64,000 nt of DNA, from NCBI GenBank assembly GCA_012295275.1, contig CM022675.1, positions 7,936,001 through 8,000,000 of the forward strand, written 5' to 3'. The stretch comes from Chrysomallon squamiferum (taxonomy: Eukaryota; Animalia; Mollusca). The translations under genes and the position numbers were made by a program. Shown here piece after piece: positions 14,825 through 31,225 of the stretch. Position 1 is the stretch's first letter. The number at the start of each line of letters is the position of its first letter. The notes beneath the pieces are model-generated. The model had not been told where the DNA came from. It was given only the letters and a program-made list of their open reading frames with translations, and did not search any database.

Positions 14825-15717
14825 GTCTATCTGTCTATCTGTCTATCTATCTATCTGTCTATCTGTCTATCTATCTACCTACCTATCTATATATCTATCT
14901 ATATGCGTGTCTGTCTGTCTATCTATCCATATATATATGTGTGTGTGTGTGTTTGTGTGCAAACATGCATATATACATTTCATACGTGCATACTATATAT
15001 ATATATACACATACACATACACAGACACACACATAACATTTACATACACACATATAATTATATACACACACATACATACATAAATAAGACTTAATTCCTA
15101 AATAAATGAACGCAAAACATGACCCTTGATATCTAAGCGAGAAAAAGTGTCTTGACAGTATCTGCTTTCAACGTCCGCGACTGAATTGCGAACGACTGGG
15201 TGTCATAAGTTCGAGTCTCTTCATCGGCATCTGACGTTCGTGACGTCGTGATTGGTTTAAGTATAAACACACTGACACACAAGCACATATACATACACCT
15301 TTAACACTCGCCGACAAGACGAAAAATATAGAATTAAATTAACCGTGTTTTCAAAACTTGTCTGACGTTCGGTCCGAAAATATCTAATATAATTTTTGTC
15401 ATAACTTTAAAATGAGAAACAAACTCTGATATCACTTTGGCGTGTCAAGAGTCTGTAATTATGAAGTACAAACTGATTTTATTCTTGGCATAAGAAATTT
15501 ACTTTCTCCCAGCTTGAAAGGAAATCAATGTATTACATTACATATGTGTCACAGCTAGAGTTTCAGTCTAATTAGGTTTTGTAAAGTTCTTTGATTTCAG
15601 TTTCAGCCTTCGTTCCCAGTTTTCTAAACTTTTCGCTTTGCAAAAGAGAAACGGAGACAAAGAGATGGAGTTAGAGAGAGAGAGTGAGTGAGTGAGTGAG
15701 TGAGGGAGGGAGGGAGG

Positions 15718-15798
<81 letters not shown>

Positions 15799-16741
15799 AA
15801 ATAAAAAGTGAGAAAGAGAAGTTGTTTGTCAGACCGAAATATAATAATAATAATTAAAAAAAAAATTGGAAAAAAATAAATATATTAAAATCAAATCATT
15901 CAGCACTTATGCATAGAGAGATAAATAATTTCTCAACGTTTAAGCCATGAAAAAAACAACAAAAAAAAACAAAAACAACAACAAACAAACCCTAAATCCG
16001 AACAAGTTTTAAACAGACAATAAATAATAAATTAGCGAGAGTAAGTCAGACACGTTCAATACACTTCTACGACATCTGTTAATTAATTCTGTCTTTGATA
16101 TTTCATCGTCAAATTCATTTTTCATCGTCAAATTCATCTACGGAAAACTAAATTTGATCAAAATTTACACTTTCTAGCTTCCGTTACTACTGTAGATACG
16201 TCTCCTAGTTCAGCGCTTGACAAACTAGCAGTACGAGAAAGCAGAACAAGAGGAAGAAAATAAAACGTACACCCTCGCTCTTTACGACGATCGTAAACCG
16301 AAATCAGATCTCAGCGATAATATCAAACACGGAGATAAGAACTATGAACAAAACGCCAAGGTCAGGCCTGTTTACGACATCAACAACGTAGCACTAAACG
16401 TCGAGGTCGTGGAGAGAAGTCTGTTGAAGGAATGACAACTCTGACATCTGCGTTGACACGTCGGTCATCAGTTAGCACTTAGCGGAATTGATTCTCAGTG
16501 AGAAATTTTTGCTATCAGCGAAGTCCGCCGCTGCTTATAACCGATATTGCTGACTCGCGAAATCGTGCAAAAAAAATCTAACGAATGCGACCGAAATCTG
16601 GCGAAACCAGCTCCGGTGTTCGACGGAATATCTCGAGAGGTTAATGTTAACTGGAAAACGCTTAAATAGTGTATTAATAAGCAGACATGAAAAACAATAA
16701 AAAAAACACGTAGTAATGAAAATTTAAATTAAAAATAAAAA

Positions 16742-16804
<63 letters not shown>

Positions 16805-16821
16805 TAAGAAAATAAACATTA

Positions 16822-16854
<33 letters not shown>

Positions 16855-18524
16855 TAATAATAATAATAATAATAACAGTAAAATAATAATAATAAAAAAA
16901 AAAAAAAAAATAAAGGAAAAAGGAAAAAACAAACAAACTTGGTTTCATAAATTATTTTCTTGACTCCTGGCATTTTTTTTTTTTTTTTTTTTTATAGACA
17001 TTTTTAATTTAGGTAAACTATTACAAAAACAAGCATAAAAAAGAAGAGAAAAAAGAAGGCTTGTGTAAAAAGTTAATTAATCAATTTCTGTGAGACGGCA
17101 AACTTGAAAAGACTCTGAACTTTAATATCACCTAGAAAAAGTGCGCTGTGAAGAATTAATTCCCCCAAATGACGTCATAAATTAGGTAGGTTGACAGTGG
17201 GTTATTACTGGAACAAAAGAAATGATAATAATAAATCAAAAGATATCAAAAGATACCAAAATAAAAATTAAAATATTACGGGGGACAAAACAAGCCAATT
17301 TTTTTTTTTTTTTGACAGTATATTTTGTAAAGAGGTGAAAATAAAATTTTCAGGGAACTGTTATCGGTTGGTAAAAATGTTGTCATGGCAACGGATATGG
17401 AGGACAAACAGCACCAAGTCGTTTCTTTGGGAACGGCAAAATCTTCTAATTCCGCAAAAAAAAAAAAAAAAAAAAAAAAAAAATAAATAAATAAATACGA
17501 AAATTTACATGTGTAATTTTTAAGACTTTTAAATGAGAAGCAAAAAAAAAAAAAAAAATGTAATTCTTCTTCTTCTTCGTCTTTTCCTTATTTATTTATT
17601 TAATTTTTTTTTATTCTGGTTATTTTGAAAAAACAAATAAATAAAATAAAATAAAATAAAAATAAAGAAATAAAGAAAGAAAGAAAGAAAGAAAGAAAGA
17701 GAGAAAAAAAATTGAATATAAAAAAATATAAATAAAAATGTAAAACTATTTCTATTGTTTAGTATCAACTGTCGTTTGAAAAAATCGTCCCTGTTTATTT
17801 TTCCATTTATTCGTTCATTCATTTATTTCCATTCCTTGATTCATTTGTTCGTATTTTTGAATTTTTCTTACCTCCATTCATTCATCCTTTCAATCAGTAT
17901 TCGTTCTTTAGTTCCTGCTTTCATTCACTTGTTCGTTCTTAATTTGTTTCATTCATTCGTTCATTCATTCACTCGTTTGTTCGAACGTTCTTTCGTTCTT
18001 TTATTTCTTGTTTATACTTTATATCACTCATTCATTATTTCTTTCTCTTTTTTTTTTCTTTTTTTATGTCATTCATTCATTCATTCATTCATTCGAGAGA
18101 TCATTCCCTTCCTTTGCCTTCATTGCTCTATTCCGTTGTTCGTAATGCACTAAATTATCTCTCGGAAACTGACAGACTGGGAAACTTCCCCCAGTTTTTT
18201 AAAAAAAATCGATTTCTAACCGAACGTGACAGTTGTCAAATCGCCGATGTCTTAATATTGAACTGATCATTACAATGCAATCAAATAATAATAATAATAA
18301 ATAAAAGAAAAAACAACGTTTATTTAAATCTGAAAACAAGAAAATACACGAGCTGTTACCATGCATAGGAGAAGAATCGATCCTGGGAGATTCCAAGTGG
18401 AAATCTTTAATTTAAAATTTAAATATAAATTAATAGTGAATTCATACACACAACCCTACGCACACTACTTACTGACAGAGATACGGATACATACACAAAT
18501 ATATATATTTACACAGATAGCTAG

Positions 18525-18605
<81 letters not shown>

Positions 18606-18644
18606 AATAATAGCAATAAAAATAGCAGTAGTACTAGTAGCAGC

Positions 18645-18678
<34 letters not shown>

Positions 18679-19839
18679 AAAGTAGCATTAGTAGTAGTCG
18701 TGTTAGTACTAGTAGTAGTAGTGGTAGTAATAATAATAATAATAATAATGATGATGATGACAACAGCAATAAAAGTAGCAACTACAACAACAACAAAAAG
18801 AAAACAGAAATAACTGATATCTTAAAATTTAATATTATGAAAAGAAAGGACAAAAAAAAAAAAAAAAAAAAAAAATATTAAATAATAAAAAATAAATAAA
18901 AAAAAAAAAATAAAAAATAAATAAATAAATAAAGAAAGAAATGAAAATAAATAAATAAAATAATTAAATAAATAAATATTTAACACAAATAAAAAATAAT
19001 AACATCACATCTGAATTAATATTAAGAAAAGGGAAAAAAGAAAATATATTAGAAAAATGCACACCACATACGTGAAAAAAAAAAAAAAAAACCGAACATT
19101 ATAATAAATAAATAAATAAATAGATAATAAATAAAATAATTAACAAATAAAAAAAGGATAAAACAAAATAAGCTGGAATCGTTACATTTCTATTCTTGTT
19201 TGATAAATCATACGACGCAACTATTACCTAACGGAATTTATTGCCGATTTGAAATTGTCTGTTTTGTGAAAAAGAAATTCATTACTATTATTCTTGTGCG
19301 TTAATTTACTTTTATTCGATATAATTATTACTTCATGTAAAAGGCCTCTCCCTTTTCATCTTACAGAAACTTAAGAATAATTATATTGTCTGATCCATTT
19401 GATTGTTTCCTATTCAACAGACTATTATCTGCTCGAAAGTGCAGATCTGGAAAATGAAAGAAAAAAGAGAGAGAGGGGAAAAAAAAAGAAAAAAAAGAAG
19501 AAGATTTCTGAAAATAAGATGAAACGAGAAAATAAATAACGAATCAATGTTTATATAATGAAATCTTGAACACTTTATTTTTTTATTATTTTTTTTATTA
19601 TTATTATTATCAGTAGTTGTCTTACGTTAAATTCATTCATTATTTTATTTTATTTTATTTTATTCACTTATATTTAAACCAATAAATAAGTAAATAAATA
19701 AACAGAAAGATAAATAAATAAATAAATAGAAAGATAAATAAATAATAAACAAACAAAATTTAAGAAAAGAAAGACACACAAAAAAAGTAAAACCAAAAAA
19801 AAAAAAAAAAAAACAACAACAACAAAACAAAACAAAAAA

Positions 19840-19886
<47 letters not shown>

Positions 19887-20287
19887 CGATTACTGATTTC
19901 GACATCAATCATTAACACGTAGCAAATCGGTTGAAAACTAAATTTGACTGCGTATTTTGCTGAGCTGTTTTTAACTCACGTTAATGTCCAATGATAGCAC
20001 CAAAATTATCTCCTTCGGAACTGCTAATTAGATGACACTCATTAACAAAGTCAATGTGGCCAGCAGATAAATTATCTCTGATTCTTGGAAATGCATTATC
20101 TGGTACTAAAACTAAGATTTATGTTGGTCTTAACTCGATTTCTGTCTGCGTTAGGTGACGCCAAAACACTGAAACAGTTCCCATATCTCCTAACGGCTCA
20201 AATTTTGTATGTCATACAATTGTCTGTCTGTCTGTCTGTCTATTTGCCTTGTATGTCATCTATCTGTCTGTTGTCTGTATGTGCTTA

Positions 20288-20319
<32 letters not shown>

Positions 20320-20329
20320 TCTATCTATC

Positions 20330-20387
<58 letters not shown>

Positions 20388-21003
20388 GTCTGTCTGTCTA
20401 TCTCTATGTCTATCAGTCTGTCTTCTGTCTGTCTGTCTGTCTGTCTTTTATCAGTCTGTTTCTCTATCTCTCTTACTGTATTTCTGTCTATTTATCTATC
20501 TCTCTCTCTTTCTATCTATCTATCTATCTGTGTATCTATCTCTCTGTCTGTCTGTCTCTCTATCTATCTATCTGTGTATCTTTGTATCTGTCTACCTGTC
20601 TGTATATGTGTCTCTCTCTTTGTCTGTCTGACTGTCTGTTTGTCTCTGTATCTATATTATGTCTCTGTGAAATCTTACATGTATAACGAGAGATTCTCTT
20701 TTTTTGTGCGAAAAGACATATACAGCATATTTAAAAACATAAGAGAGATAGAAGGAGAGAAAAAAGGAGCGAGAGAGAGAGAGAATGGGATGGACAGCTA
20801 GATAAACTAATATAGAGATAGCTCGACAGACAGACAGATAGACAGATAAGTGAATACAAATAGCTAGTTAGATAAATAAAAATAGCTACCCGTTAGATAG
20901 ATTAAAAAAACGTGGAAAGATAGATGAAATAGATAGACATATTATATAGCTAGATAGATATCTAGATAGATAGATATATACAGACAGACAGACAAACATA
21001 CAT

Positions 21004-21076
<73 letters not shown>

Positions 21077-21077
21077 T

Positions 21078-21138
<61 letters not shown>

Positions 21139-21590
21139 CAGACAGATAGCTAGAGAGACAGACAGATAGGAAAAACAGATAGATAAAGATAGATTAAACA
21201 AGTGATATAATCAGGGTACTAGGTAATATACGTCAACTTAGTTTCGCTATTATCTAACTGGTTAAAGAACCATAGCTTCAGCAGCGTTTACGTCATAGAA
21301 ATTCTTTGATTCTTAGCGGGTCAAGCATCTACAGTTTCTTCATCTGCACGTCTAATTATGTGGAGTTCAAACATATTCAGAGGGTAGCAGCATGGTTGTG
21401 TCTATCAATTAGTTCAATTTGATTTTAATCAATATGAAGCGAAGAGTACAGTCAAAGCTGTCGTTCTGGTAAGAAATAACAGAGACGAGACAAGCTGTTC
21501 TTGAATATAGATTAGTAGGTTAAATGCCTGAAAGATGTTTGAAATCAATAAGTAAGTGAATGAATGAATGAATGAATGAATGAATAAGAA

Positions 21591-21653
<63 letters not shown>

Positions 21654-22467
21654 AAAATAAAAAAAAAAAATAAAATATATATATATAAAAATATATATAT
21701 ATATAAATATATAAATATATATATAAATAAATAAATTTAAACATAAATCTATTTCTTACTGATTATCACTGTTTATTGTGAGAGAAAACAAAACTAAAAT
21801 TCTTGTAGCCCGCCAGCAAAACAAGAAAGATAAATAAATCAGTTTTAACTTTCCATTTTATCTTTTCGTTTTAATTTTTAATTTCTTTTTTCTTTTTTAT
21901 TTTTTTTTTTTTTTTTTTTTTTACTCGACACTGACTGCACTGGAACGAACTGGGTGAATTAGTTAATAATGATCGTGTATTTTTAAACTGTCACAAGACT
22001 GTTATTTAAAATTCGTAAAAACTAACATCTCCATCTTCAGTTTGTTTTATACACTGCTGCGTTTAATAACAGCAATATTGAACTGGAGTTTTTCTTTCTC
22101 TTTTTTCTGTGTGTGTGTTTCTGTGTTTGTATGTTGATGTCTTGACAGCTTCACTGGTAATAAATTTCGCGTTAGAGAATAAAAGGAAACAACTGGGACA
22201 AATACATGGATGAAGAGAGAGAGACACAGAGAGAGACAGAGACAGAGACAGAGAGACAGTTGAAAATAAATAAATAAATAAATAAGCGAAAGAACGAACA
22301 AATAAATGAAAAAGTAAAGAAAGAAAGAAGGAAAGAAGGAAGGAAAGAAAGAAAGAAAAATTAGAAATGAGGTTTACATAATTAAAATGGAAATCTTGAA
22401 TGAAATGTAGGTGCATTATTACTATGTTTTTTGATATTATTATTATTCTATACGATTATTATGTATA

Positions 22468-22612
<145 letters not shown>

Positions 22613-22932
22613 CGAAAGAAACATAGAGAGATAAAGATAGATAAGCTTAGTCAGACAGACAGATAAAGAAATAGCACATTTAAATTAAGAAGGGAAAAAG
22701 TTAACACACTTTTTTTTTCTCTCTCTAACTGCTCAAAATGTTTTTGAACTCAGTAACCAGAATTGACGTCGATTATCTTCTTCGAGATTTCATTTCTGTA
22801 ATCCGAGTCTGTAATTACATTCGTCAGTAATTTACGAAATTGCTCCAGAACCTATCTCCGTGATTCTTGTAAAATTACACTTCACCTCAATTATACACAG
22901 GGTATTTCGCAAACTCAAATGAACGCGTAAAT

Positions 22933-23033
<101 letters not shown>

Positions 23034-24339
23034 TACATATGTATCTATCTATTTATGTATGTATGTATATATATATATCTATATATTTATGACTCTATCT
23101 CTATTTGATCTGGGCAAAAAAAAAAAAAAAAAAAAAAACGGGCATCGGAAAAATAATGACACCGGAAAAAAAGAAATGATACTCAGAAGAAAAAAACAAA
23201 AAAGATACTGTGAAAATGTAAAAGAGGAATAATGTGTTGCTATTGTTATTAATTTAATCATAAACTGTTTGTAATTCAGTTCAATTCTTAATCTAATTTT
23301 GTTTTTTAAAATAAGTTTAGTTAATATAATTTGTGTCACATTTTGTAACTCCGTATTTTTAATTTTCTTTTATAATATTATTAGAATAGATTGCATTATT
23401 ACTAAAATAAAAAAAAACAAAATAAAAGTTTAAAAGTAAAATAAAACAGAATTAACAAAAAAAAAAAAAAAAAATAAAGAAAGAAAAAAAAAAGAAACTA
23501 AGAAACAAAACATAAACAAAGAAAAAAAAAACCAAAAAAAAAAAAAAACAAAAGAAGAGAAAAAAACACAAAGATAAAAAGAAATGTTAGCAACCAACGA
23601 AATAATATGAATAATAATAAATAATAATAATAATAAATATAACAATAATAATAACAATAACAACAACAACAACAACAACAATAACAATAACAATAACAGA
23701 AGAAGAAGAAGAAAAAAAACACGCTATACAAATATCTGTTTGAAATCAGTGAGTATTGTGAAAACCAGGAAGAGCTCTGACAACTGACACTGTGCGTTTT
23801 CTTTTCTCTCCTGACAGCAAAATCTGACACTTTGAATCAACAAACCAATTTCACAGTCGACGTGATGCACAGACAGAAACAGTGACGCGCGAGACAATTA
23901 GCATCAAACTTCGTACGTTTCCGTATAAGACTGAATTCGAGCGATAAACGCCTTTATATAAAGTGCCATTAAGAGCCACTCTTTCTACGCTATGAGCTAA
24001 TTAAAGCGAGTCTCGTGAGGAAATACCGGGCGTAGATTGTGGAATTACGTCGAAAGAGACTTACGACAAGCGTGAGATGAGCCCACATGGTGTTAATGCA
24101 TCCTTTAATTTACGTCCTCTTTGAAACTTACGACATTTTTTGGTTGATGTGACGTCAACTGGGCTCATCAGAATTTGAGTCTGTGTATGTCAAAATATCT
24201 ATGTAATTCTCTGTGTGTGTCTCTGTGTGTCTCTATGTATATTCTCTCACTCTCTCTCTCCTCTCCCTCTCTATCTCTCTCTGTCGAACTCTGTTTATTC
24301 CTCTCTCTGTCTGCCCGTCTGTCTGTCTGTCTGTCTCTG

Positions 24340-24442
<103 letters not shown>

Positions 24443-25354
24443 ATCTATCTGTCTATCTATCTGATTATCTGTCTGTATCACCTCGCAAACTGAGATGTGG
24501 ACAGCTTCACCAAATTAGACTTCAAGTCACTGAATCTCAAAACGCGGCGTGAAATTATTAAAATCAACCGCAGCAATAAATAAAATAAAAAATAAAAAAA
24601 TAAAAAAATAAAGAAAACATTAGTTTAACTTTTCGATTATTTATGTAGAGAAGTTTTAATTTATTTATTTATTAACTTTCTTTTTCTTCTTCTTCCTTTT
24701 TTTTTTTTTCTTCTTCTTCTTCTTCTTCTTCTTAATTATTAGTTTATTTACTATATTTTTTATTATTTCTTTTCTGTTTAAAAAATCAAACAAATAAACA
24801 AAAGCAAAAAACAACAACAAACAAACAATTTAAACAAAAAACAATATACAGAAACAAACAAAAAAATCTCCTTAAATTATGTGGTCCGTGTTCTTAATGC
24901 TACTCTGTATTAAAAAAAAGATAAAAAAAAGAAGAAAAAAAAACCCCCAGAAAATGAAAAAGCAAATAGCAAAAAAAAAAGAAAAAGAATAAAAGAAGAA
25001 GAATGGAGATTTATCGCTGACAGCTCCACTGAGAGGATTACACGACCGTCATCCTCTTTATTCAGCCTTCTTAACGTCAACCAGAAACCTCACTCTTCTG
25101 TCACTGGCGAGATTCGATCCCTGTTGCCAGAGAGACTGGTTGTCCAGGGTCGGGCTGGTTAGTGACTGTTTGGAAACAGGATAGACTAGGTCTCTTCTTC
25201 ACTTTGACAGCCTAATCCTGCTGCCTGTGACAGAGATGTCGTTTTAACAGTCTCAGAACTGTGAGGTCCGTTTCAAACCGAAACACTTTTATGAATTGGA
25301 TTCTCGAAATGGCTCTGGTTATGCTGACAAGCTAAGACCTTAAAACATCTTCTT

Positions 25355-25387
<33 letters not shown>

Positions 25388-25746
25388 TTTATCTTATTAC
25401 GTTTTCGTTTTATTAATTTGTTTTTGGTGCTGTTTTTGTTTTGTTTTTTTTTTTTCGTTTTTGTTTTCTCCCTTTTTTTCGTTTTTTTTTTTATAATTAC
25501 GTAGTATTTTCATTTTATGAGCGGATTTATTTTTATTGTTCATGTTGTTGTTGTTGATATTGTTGTTGTTACTAATATTGTTATTATATTATTATTATCA
25601 TCATCATCATCATCATCATTATTTAATATTTTTTTATGAATACATAATTTGTAATTTTTTTTTTATAATTATTACTTTCTTTTTAAGTTTGATTTCTATT
25701 TATTTATTTCATTTCATTTTTGAGCACCTAGACAGTATCTCTTAAT

Positions 25747-25782
<36 letters not shown>

Positions 25783-26826
25783 CGTACATATATTATACAT
25801 ATATATATATGTATGTATATTAATTTTAAATTATATTAATTAATTTTCATTCTTTATTTCTTTTATTCATGCATTTATTTATTATTTATTCATTCATTCA
25901 TCAATCAATCCATTCATTCATTCGTTTGTTCATTCATCCTATCCATTCATTCATTCACGTATCTCCGCATTTCGTAGTTTAATATATCGTACTCTTGTAC
26001 TCTCAAGTATCTTCTCAACTCTCTCATTCTTCCATTCAACACTGTACTCATTCATTCGTCCTGTCTCTCATTCATTCATCCATCGATCCATCCATTCATT
26101 CATCCATCCATTCATTCATTCATTCATTCACTCATTCTCATATCTCCGTACCTCCATAGCTTAATACATCGTACACCAACCAGTACTCTCACCACATTCA
26201 AACTAATACTATCCAAATTCACTTATACCACCTAACACTTCTTTCTTCAAAGACCTTACAACTGCTATGCAATCAAATCGTTGTTTCGTTATCACTACTC
26301 TACACTGAAAGATCCACTGCAAACCAAACAGAGTGCAGTTGGATGTCGAAAGCTGGGAATCAGAAGTAAAATCAGATGTGTCGACCTCTGCTGGTGTCAC
26401 GGGAAAACCTCTGTTTTACGAAACGTCTCGAAAGTTGACCCCCGATTCCTCGAACACTCGGCGAAGCGATCACGGAGCCGTTTTATTCAATTTGACGTAA
26501 CGTTATTGGTCACGCATGAGTGACGTAACGTTATTATTATTCACGCATGAGCGACGAGACAATTTAATAATAAAGATTACCGATCGTGGTTTAATATATT
26601 TACAGGGGTGTTTTGTTGTTGTTGTTTATTTTTTATTTTTTGTGGGTTTTTTTTTTTTTTTCGTTGTGTTGTGCAAACCAGGTTATACGTAAAAAATTTT
26701 GACAAGTTTAAGTAACATAAAGTTATTCGTTACGCTTGAGTGACTTTTAAAAAAAAAAAGAAACATTATTGAACGTGCTTGTGATATTCGGTGGTTATTT
26801 AACTTTTTTTTTTTTTTTTTTTCCTT

Positions 26827-26857
<31 letters not shown>

Positions 26858-27764
26858 TTTTTTTTTGTGCATTTCATATATTCCCGTACGTAATTTGAAA
26901 ATTAATATAAAATAAATATATACAGTTATGCATTCTCTTTTAATGAATCGTATTTTTCATTACTGTGTTGTATTGTACTATTTTTTTTTATTTTATTATG
27001 CTGTATCTGCTTTTGTACTGTACGATACTACATTGTGGTAATTTATTTCTGTGCGGCATTAAATCGCGTTGAACTAGTTAATAATAAATTGCGCTGTCTT
27101 CAACAAGGACGTATGGATTGTTTGATGTTGTATAGTAAATCATTCCGTAACTTATTTAACACTGAAATGCTTTCTGTTCTACAACTCATTGTTTAGCTAT
27201 GCTGCAGTGTTGTTTTTCATCTTTGATTTGAATGTTGTTGTTGTTACTTGTATATTGTGTAATATTATATTCTGCGTATTGCATAGTCTTGCTAGTATTG
27301 CATTGTGTTCTGTGACATTGTATTTTAGATATTGCATTGTCCTGCTCTGTACTCCCGTTTCATTTTTCTCGCAGTGAATTATGTCGTCTGTTTCGATTGC
27401 TTTGCGTTACATATTTTATGTATGTACTTGTTTTCATTGTTTCCTCAAGCTGCGTAAAACTTTTCACTTATGACACAAATAACAAACAAGCACAGCGAAT
27501 TACGAAAACCAGACAAATACTCGCAACGAACTAGAAATAATTAACCTGATAATTACAAGTCCGTTGTTCCCAGAATTACCGCCAACACACACCTTGTATT
27601 GTAATCTTCTGCCGTAGTCGCAGGGGGCACAACTCTATTAGTTTTCATTAGAGTTGTGGTTCCTTGTGTGGATTATAATTTGCTTCTCAAAGAAAATAAC
27701 AGTAAATGTAGTTTGTTGTCTGTGTTTAATACATTGGTCTTTGTTCTATCTATGTGAATACAGT

Positions 27765-27878
<114 letters not shown>

Positions 27879-28485
27879 ATATAATTAAATTTATAGGCGG
27901 CACATTGTCTATTCTGTTTTGTAATTGACAAAATACAGACGTAATTTTAGCAAATGAAAAAAATACGTGGAATTTTAATAATTTAATAATTACTTCGTAG
28001 CAAACAGTTTAATTCAAATATTCAATAAAATAACAAAAACAGTTATTTAAAAAGAAGAAATATTTTGAGGGAGGAAGGGAAGAAGATAGAGAGAGAACTG
28101 AATGATAGAAAGGGAGAGAGAGAACTGAATGACAGATAGAAAGACAGAGAGATTCAAAGTGGAAATAGACACAGAAAGAAAGTAGACAGATAAGTTGCAT
28201 AAATAGGTAGATATATAAAATGGCAAGAAACTATGTTTGTGTGTAGTTGTTCTCGGTTTCAAAAAAACACGATTAACAATCGTTTTCTTAATTCCCGTTT
28301 TACTACGTTCAGAGAGTTAAAAAAAAAAATAGCCATGAAGCACAGGGTCTAACGACAGTCGTAAATTTGGATTAAACGAAATCTCAAAGCTGTCGTAAAT
28401 TGATAGAGTGATGAACAGGTGTAATGGTCAATTAATAGATTAACAAAATAACATAACGGAGAAGCAAATGAAATGTACATGAGAA

Positions 28486-28627
<142 letters not shown>

Positions 28628-29559
28628 ATAAGAAATTATGAAATATTAAAGAGATAAATACTTACAATTCTGTGTAAAGAGAAAACGATAAATCCAGTGT
28701 CTTCAGGCGCAGATGAAGAAAGATAAAAAATCGTAACTCCCACGAATATCTTCAGAACTGTCACAGTTTGCGATTAGAATTAATTCTTCTTAGAAACTGC
28801 CAGAAATAAATAAATTAAAAAAAACAAAACCCAACAAAAAAAAAAAAAAAAAAACACACGAAAAAACAAGATCGAGATGTTTATCGTCAGTACTCGATAT
28901 AACCACAGGTTTCTTTCACAACAAGCGAGCGAATGAAATTTTAAACATTAACTTTCGTTTTCAAAATCTGTATAATTTAAAATTTTCAACACATTTCCTA
29001 TTTCTCTCTCCAAAAAAACACAACAACCAACAAACAATAAAAAAACACACCCGGTCTTTCTCTGCATATGCTTTTCCCATTAGCAAAGAATCCACTGAGC
29101 AAAAGATCGCTTTATACCGTAGCGTCGTCTGTCTGTGTCCCTCTGTTTCCGTGAACGAGGAAGCCCATTGGACGTTTCGCCTTTGCCGAATCTTCTGACA
29201 TGGAAGGAATAAACGCAAGACGTGAGGAGAGCCAATCCCAAGGATTACGCTATCTGCGACACAGGGCGATCGTTTGTTTGTGAATCAGAAGCCGAGGAAA
29301 TCCCCGAAGCTCGATTTCTTTCGCTGAGGGGTGACGCGACGATATTTTCACTGCTTCTCGTTTGTTACAAAAATCAGAGTGTGGCTATTGATCCGGAATA
29401 CGGGCGTTTATTTTTGGGTGCGAGAAAAAAGGTCCGTCAGTCTGTGAAGAGTAAAGATGTTCAGGGCATGTTTTGACATAACATATACTTTGTACAGAAA
29501 GAGAAAGATAAAAAAAGATTAAGATAGGATACTGCATGCCAGTAAAAGGATTGGATACG

Positions 29560-31225
29560 ATTAATGATATGTCTTTGTTACATTATGATGCGATACGACA
29601 CGATGTATGCTATGATAAGATACGAAACAATACGGCAGAATGAATATATGACATTACATACGATGCTATAGTGTATAATGTTACTGATTAGGACATGATA
29701 GAGTTGAAAAGGATACGTTAAGATATAACTGGGTATGATGCATAGGATGAACTCAATATGCTTATGATGGCATAGGATAGAACAGGATAAACAGTCACAG
29801 AACATTGTAGTGTACAACGTTACTGAAACGAGTACGGAATCGTACAATACGATGTAAATCGATACGACCCGACATGCTATGATATTACGATTTACGATTG
29901 ATATGGTTACGATAATGATAAATCAGGATTGAAATATAAACAACTGGATGGAAGAACATGCGGTGAGGTGTGATAATATGTAAGAAATCACAACAGAATC
30001 CGGTACAATAGTTATTGCAATATAGTATTAAACCTATTAGTACCGTATAAAATAATTAGTACAATAACACAATGCAATACAGTTACAATACAATATACAG
30101 TACAACACTATAATATAATTACAATATAAAACAACACAATACAAGGCAATATAGAGTATAGCACAATACAGTTACAAAACAACAGATAGTACAACACAAT
30201 AGAATATAATTACAATATGATACAACATAGCACAAGGCAATATAGAGTACAACAAAATACAGTATAATTACAATACAATGTTCTACAATGAAAGACTGAT
30301 ATAAAACAGTATAGAATACAGCACCTTACAGTATAATTCAGTAACTACTGTACAATACAATACAAAACAGTTCAGTTACAAGAAAATAGAGTATACAACA
30401 CAATACAATAAAATACAATAGAGTACAATACAATACAAAACAGTACAGATACAAGAAGATATAGGTAACAACACAATGCAATGAAATACAGTAATGACAG
30501 TACAATACAATACAAAACAGTTCAGATACAAGAAAATAAAGAATTCAATACAATATAATAAAGTTTAATTAAAATACAAATCACTGACATATAATACAAC
30601 AGAGAGTTTAACAGAAAACAATATAATTACAATACAATACACTGCAATGCAGAGCAGTTACAAGACAAAATATTAATATATACAAAATACAACACAATAC
30701 CATACAACACAATATAGTACAGCTGCTTTATAATACACAGTACAAAAACATACAAAAGAGTTAGAATACGAAACAGAGCACAAACCTATACATGATTTCA
30801 ATACAATACAAGAGAGTGTGAGACAATTAAAATACAATACAATACAATAAAGACAGTATAATACAATTAAATTACAGTACAATACAAGACAGTATGATAC
30901 AATTAAAATATAATTACAAGAAACTTTGAGACAATTAAAATACAATACAATACAAGACAATTTCAGGCAATTAAAATGTAGTACAATACAAGACAGTATT
31001 AGACAGTCAACTACAATACAATACAATTACAAGACAATGTGAGACAATTAAAATACAATACAATACAACACAGTGTGAGACAATTAAAATACAATGCAAG
31101 ACAGTATTAGACAATTAAAAATACAGTACAGTACAATAGAATACAAGACAGAGTAAGACAGTTAAAATACAATACAATACAATTACAAGACAGTGTGAGA
31201 TAATTAAAATACAATACAATAAAAA
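29560..31225. repeat. Degenerate pentanucleotide (ATACA/ATACG) satellite with a higher-order ~40-bp unit at its 3' end
   Basis: 5-bp periodicity throughout. CAAGACAGTGTGAGACAATTAAAATACAATACAATA-like units recur at ~30800-31220. Confidence 0.85.
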
